DNA from: Takakia lepidozioides
Taxonomy: Eukaryota > Plantae > Bryophyta
Assembly (NCBI GenBank): GCA_030704615.1
Contig: CM060731.1
Location: forward strand, 27,032,001 to 27,096,000
Reading direction: 5' to 3'
Length of the DNA stretch: 64,000 bases
Shown here: piece by piece, positions 59,953-64,000 of the stretch
Numbering within the stretch: the stretch's first letter is position 1
Layout: each line of letters begins with the position of its first letter
Notes under the pieces: generated by a model
The model's input: the letters and a program-made list of their open reading frames with translations, nothing else
Database searches by the model: none
What the model was told of the DNA's origin: nothing
Translations under genes and position numbers: made by a program

Positions 59953-61901
59953 TATGACAATTGCAGTTTGTGACATGCAATCCGAGGATACGGAATCCCA
60001 GAAGCTCATGTGGAATTCCCTGATACGTGTCATGGGCTGCCATCTCCAAATTTCGCAGGTTTCATGGCGGATAGTGCTCAAGCAAATTTCAATGCTGTTC
60101 GTATTGTCTTCGGATCGGGCGACCCAAAAGTGCCAATGTGAGGAAGAGAGCGTACATGTCAATTCCATTGGACACAATCTCTGGAAAAACATACAAAGTC
60201 GGACATCAAACTAGAGATGCAGACTCAACACCGTAAATTGTGCAAATAATACAAAGATGCTAGAACAATGAAGGAGGCGGACACTTTGTTCCAGACAATT
60301 CGTGCCTGGTGGTTATTTTCTGGAGCTGCATCACTTGAGAGTATGAGAGCATTGGAAGATTGGCTGGCGTTTTGGCACTTCCGGTATAGACAATGGGAAG
60401 CAGCCATGGCAATGGTACGAGGCTTATATTTCTTGCTTTATTCATACATTTACTTTCCATTTTATTGTCTCCTCGCTTTCTTTATGTTGTTTTCTGTTCA
60501 CTGTTTTGAAGTGTGGTTCTCCACTTTGCAGAACATGTCCATTGAGGAAATGGCGGACATGCCATCTTGCAATTTGGCAGAAACTGTGCACAACGCATGG
60601 TTGCAGCAGTTTGGGAAACGAGGTCGGGATTTGTATGTGGCAACAACAGATGATTTGATATGTGCCTTGCAACAACAAACCCGATACCGTGATTTCTTGC
60701 GAGGTGGGGTTGGTGGCAAGGGTCCGGACAAATGGGAGTTGATGTTGCGTGCTGCAAACAGATCTGGGGATCCAATCAAGATAGCACGGGCGGTGAGCAC
60801 GTATGCCCAGGGAACGCCATTTGTTTCTAGAGTTCCACATCTTGAAGGGGAGGAGAGATTCGGCTCCTGTATGAGGAAATTGAACACTCCACCTGGTTCG
60901 GATTTTGATTCGCTTAGGGCAGACCGTGATAACTTCTCGAAGCCTCGTGTTCCCCTGCATGACAGCTCCATTTCCGGAACCTCCAACACGACAGCAAGCT
61001 CCAGCATTGAACAGTGCCACTGAAATGGTGCAGGAGATAAACAACCCCCTTGATGTGCTTGAGTCCGCATGCCCCGACCACGTTTGGCACATAGAACGCA
61101 CAAGTGTAGGGTCTCGTGTGAAATGTACAGCGATCAGGGCAACTAATTTCGAGAAGTGCACTTCATCTATATCCAGAGGTGGTGCCCGAACTCCTGCTCC
61201 GACTTTCACGGGTTTGATGCGTCCATACGGTCAACCAGAAGCCAAGAACCACAAGTTCTGGTTCTGCGCAGATGATTGTGCCAGATGTGTGCATGGAACT
61301 GTGCATCCTTCCGTAGTGATGAAGCCATCTCCTCCAACCGTTTGGCCCATGAAGGTGGGAAACACATCTCAAATTTCAGGAGATTGAAATGCTGGAGGAT
61401 GCAGGCTTTTCCCTTGCGAGACAACCCCAACTCCATGCATGTGCTACTACTTCTGCGTCCTCCCGGGTCCCCCCGGCAAATCCTGACTTGTGGCCAACCA
61501 AACGAGATGGAAAGCTCGTTCGGCGTTTCCCTCCAACCGCTGAACACTTTGGCAAAGTGGAGTCCACAAGAATGCTCCAAGCTCGTGTTGGAAGCACCAC
61601 GGAAGTACCTGATCCAGGATATGGTCGGGTATTCACAATCATCACTTCCACATCTGCTGTTCATGACATGACCTACAACATCACGGTTTCCAATTTCCCC
61701 AATTGCACATGTCTTGATTTTGTGAATATGCTATCAACCAGTTTGGGCAAGAGAGGTAAATTCATACCCTGCAAACATTTGTATTTCATATTTTTGCAGA
61801 GGATGGTTTGCGATCCCAAACGTGACAACTTCATTCACCAGGCCAGTATGAGTTTCAACGAGGTCGATACTCTATTGCAGCGGAATACAACACATGGGTA
61901 G
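59953..61901 (+). pseudogene. Mutator-like transposase with C-terminal SWIM finger (intron ~60415-60530; stops and frameshifts)
   Basis: GFMADSAQANFNAVRIVF, CQFHWTQS, NLAETVH (DDE-type motifs); PNCTCLDF...PCKHLYFI. Confidence 0.8.
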
Positions 61902-62344
61902 CATCAACTATGCAATGTGGTATGTGGACGACCATGATTTGAAATGTGTAATTCACATCAATTCGTCGGCGGTGCAATGATATGGCCTCCAACTATACGG
62001 TGTGAGCTCTGAGTGGCAATTTTTAAAAGCACATTTATCATTGCACCGTTCGAAGTCTACATGTCTTGCTGTCGCTATGCACTACAATCATCTTTTGAAG
62101 ATGATCATAACTCTCATTGTTATTTGAGGAGGGAGGAAGGTCTTCCCGTGGCAGCCTCTATGGCGCACACTTTGTGAGGATATTTTCTCGTCCTCGTAAT
62201 TGTAAAAGTGAAACAAGCATTTGTAATTGCACAATGTTGGATGCTACAATTGTAGGCCTCATGGTAGTCTTGATGTTTAAAGCCACCGTCCTCTAACATT
62301 ACAATCGCTTGTGTAGTGAGAGATGTCTCACCTTCACCGGCCAA

Positions 62345-62560
62345 ATGTTGGAGGGTGTCGAGTAGAAAAACTTTTGGCGCGAATCCACTTTGGATAATGT
62401 GAGTGTGCATCTGCTTTCCAGCTTCCAGACCTTCCATCTTGATGCACTTAAGCAAGAGACAGACATATGTATCTGAATCTGCTAAAATGCCTCCTTGGTT
62501 TAAAGTCTGTAGAGGCTCTGTCAGACTGCCTGCCGCACAAAGCATCTTCACATGCCCAGA
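62345..62560 (-). pseudogene. Pentatricopeptide-repeat (PLS-class) gene fragment
   Basis: DSDTYVCLLLKCIKMEGLEAGKQMHTHIIQSGFAPKVFLLDTL. Confidence 0.7.
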
Positions 62561-64000
62561 AGTGCCATTCTCTACGATCCTAACGACTTCAAGGCCAATA
62601 GGGAAACAAACCCTACAAAAATGCCACGGGCTTCCATTACCTGACCCTTCACTTTCAGATTAATGTGACCTCCCCCCCTCCAAAGGCTTCTTCTCATCCT
62701 CGTTGTGAATTTCTCCTGCATTGTTGGTGTTGTCCCTCCACACCACATGATTCCAGCAACCACACCTAGCGCACGAAGGCAGACGCGCACAGAGACACGC
62801 AAACACAAACGAAGACAGCGAGCGAGAAAGAAGCAGCAGCGCGCGCGCGTAAGTGACAAGTTTGGGCAGTTCGGGCAGACTCGACAGAATTTGGCGACAA
62901 AACGTGGCAGCGAAACGTGGCGACGAAAACGTGGCACTTTGGCACCCTATTCCTGCTCTACGCTAAACTAGCTTCCGACCTTTGGTCGTCGCTAGAATAT
63001 CAAGAGTTAGCTCCTAGTGACTACCACTATCTCAATCCTATCATTGTGTTGCAGATTATGCGTACTCTACAGGAGCTCTCACAGCTAGAACTTGCACCGA
63101 GACTTGTCCCCAGAGTTCTTCAAGAACAACTATCTATCAATGGCCTAAGTTTTGCAAAGCTGCATTGCAACTTATTGTTGGACAATGGCTATAGTCTGAG
63201 GATGTCAAGCCCATTATGCTCTACAATCTACTCCCAGAATCAATTTTCCGTGACGCCCCCAGGACGCCGAGGAATCGCAGCGCCGCAGCCCAGCGACGCA
63301 TTTGCGACGGCCGGGCGCTCCTGCGATGGCGGGGAATCGTTTTTTTTTTTTTTTTTTTCTATTTAGGCAAGATTCCCTGCATTAATTCCACGGTCATAGG
63401 ACCATCCTCGGTTATAGGCGGCGCATGTTAATGCTGACGTGGCAGATGACGGAGAGTGCCACGTCATCGTTTGTCGCCACATCAGCATGCTGACATGACG
63501 CTCGCGCCACGTCAGCTGGCGTGAGCGTACTCTCACGCCACGTCACTCCTGCGTGAGCGTACGCTCGCGCGCTCACGCCATTGTGTCGTTGCTCGAGCAG
63601 GAGGACGAAAATGAGCACGGGCATGGGGAGAATTGTCATTGTTGGAATGGAGAGGCGGTTGGCTTCATGATTACAGACTATCGCACTGTCCCATTCACAC
63701 AACGTGCATAGTCATCAGGGCAGAACCAAAATTTATGATTCCAAGACCCCCTGGCTTCAAATGATAAAACAAGCCAGAGCATGAGTCCACGCAGTTCCTC
63801 TCACAATTTTCGATGCGCACTTGACAAATGTCATAGCCCTGATAGCACTACATTGAAGTATGGACCCAGCGAAAGCGCGTTCTATATGTCACTGCTCATC
63901 AGCGTAGTCAGTCTTCTACACAACCGGAACCAGAGGCTCGTCAGGAATATTGACAAAAGATGAAAGAGGTGAAATTGTTCCTACCTGCGAAGACGATTCC

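Overview
Eukaryotic nuclear DNA from a land plant, most likely a non-seed plant such as a bryophyte; this is inferred from the transposon repertoire and the genes. About 70% of the window is nested transposon sequence. There are two spliced host genes: a GILP/LITAF gene at 22.2-23.4 kb and a large armadillo-repeat gene at about 47.8-55.6 kb. The main signal is a group of Ty3/gypsy elements that encode a DDE integrase but have circularly permuted ('split') LTRs arranged A-PBS-body-PPT-B-nn-A-B. They have TG...CA outer ends and 4-bp target-site duplications. The arrangement appears three times: a full element at 25888-37463, another family at 192-8763, and a solo A-B remnant at 5661-6167. It is what would result if a 2-LTR circle were opened at an internal CA-nn-TG site and then integrated (inference). 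The 25888-37463 element has apparently identical repeats and looks self-priming. It encodes a C5 cytosine methyltransferase between protease and RT and a PHD finger at the end of integrase. It also carries an orphan ORF and a spliced chimera of three host mRNA fragments (GMP synthase, SUMO E2 SCE1, and a probable YaaW-like protein). Also present are a scrambled cluster of a Tcn1/sushi-like chromovirus (self-priming signal, -1 frameshift signal, an extra 3' ORF, a ~1.9-kb inverted repeat), a Plavaka-type transposase, LINE remnants, MULE/SWIM transposases, a ~230-bp tandem repeat and gene fragments (RER1, PPR). All alignments and family calls were made by eye, without database searches.
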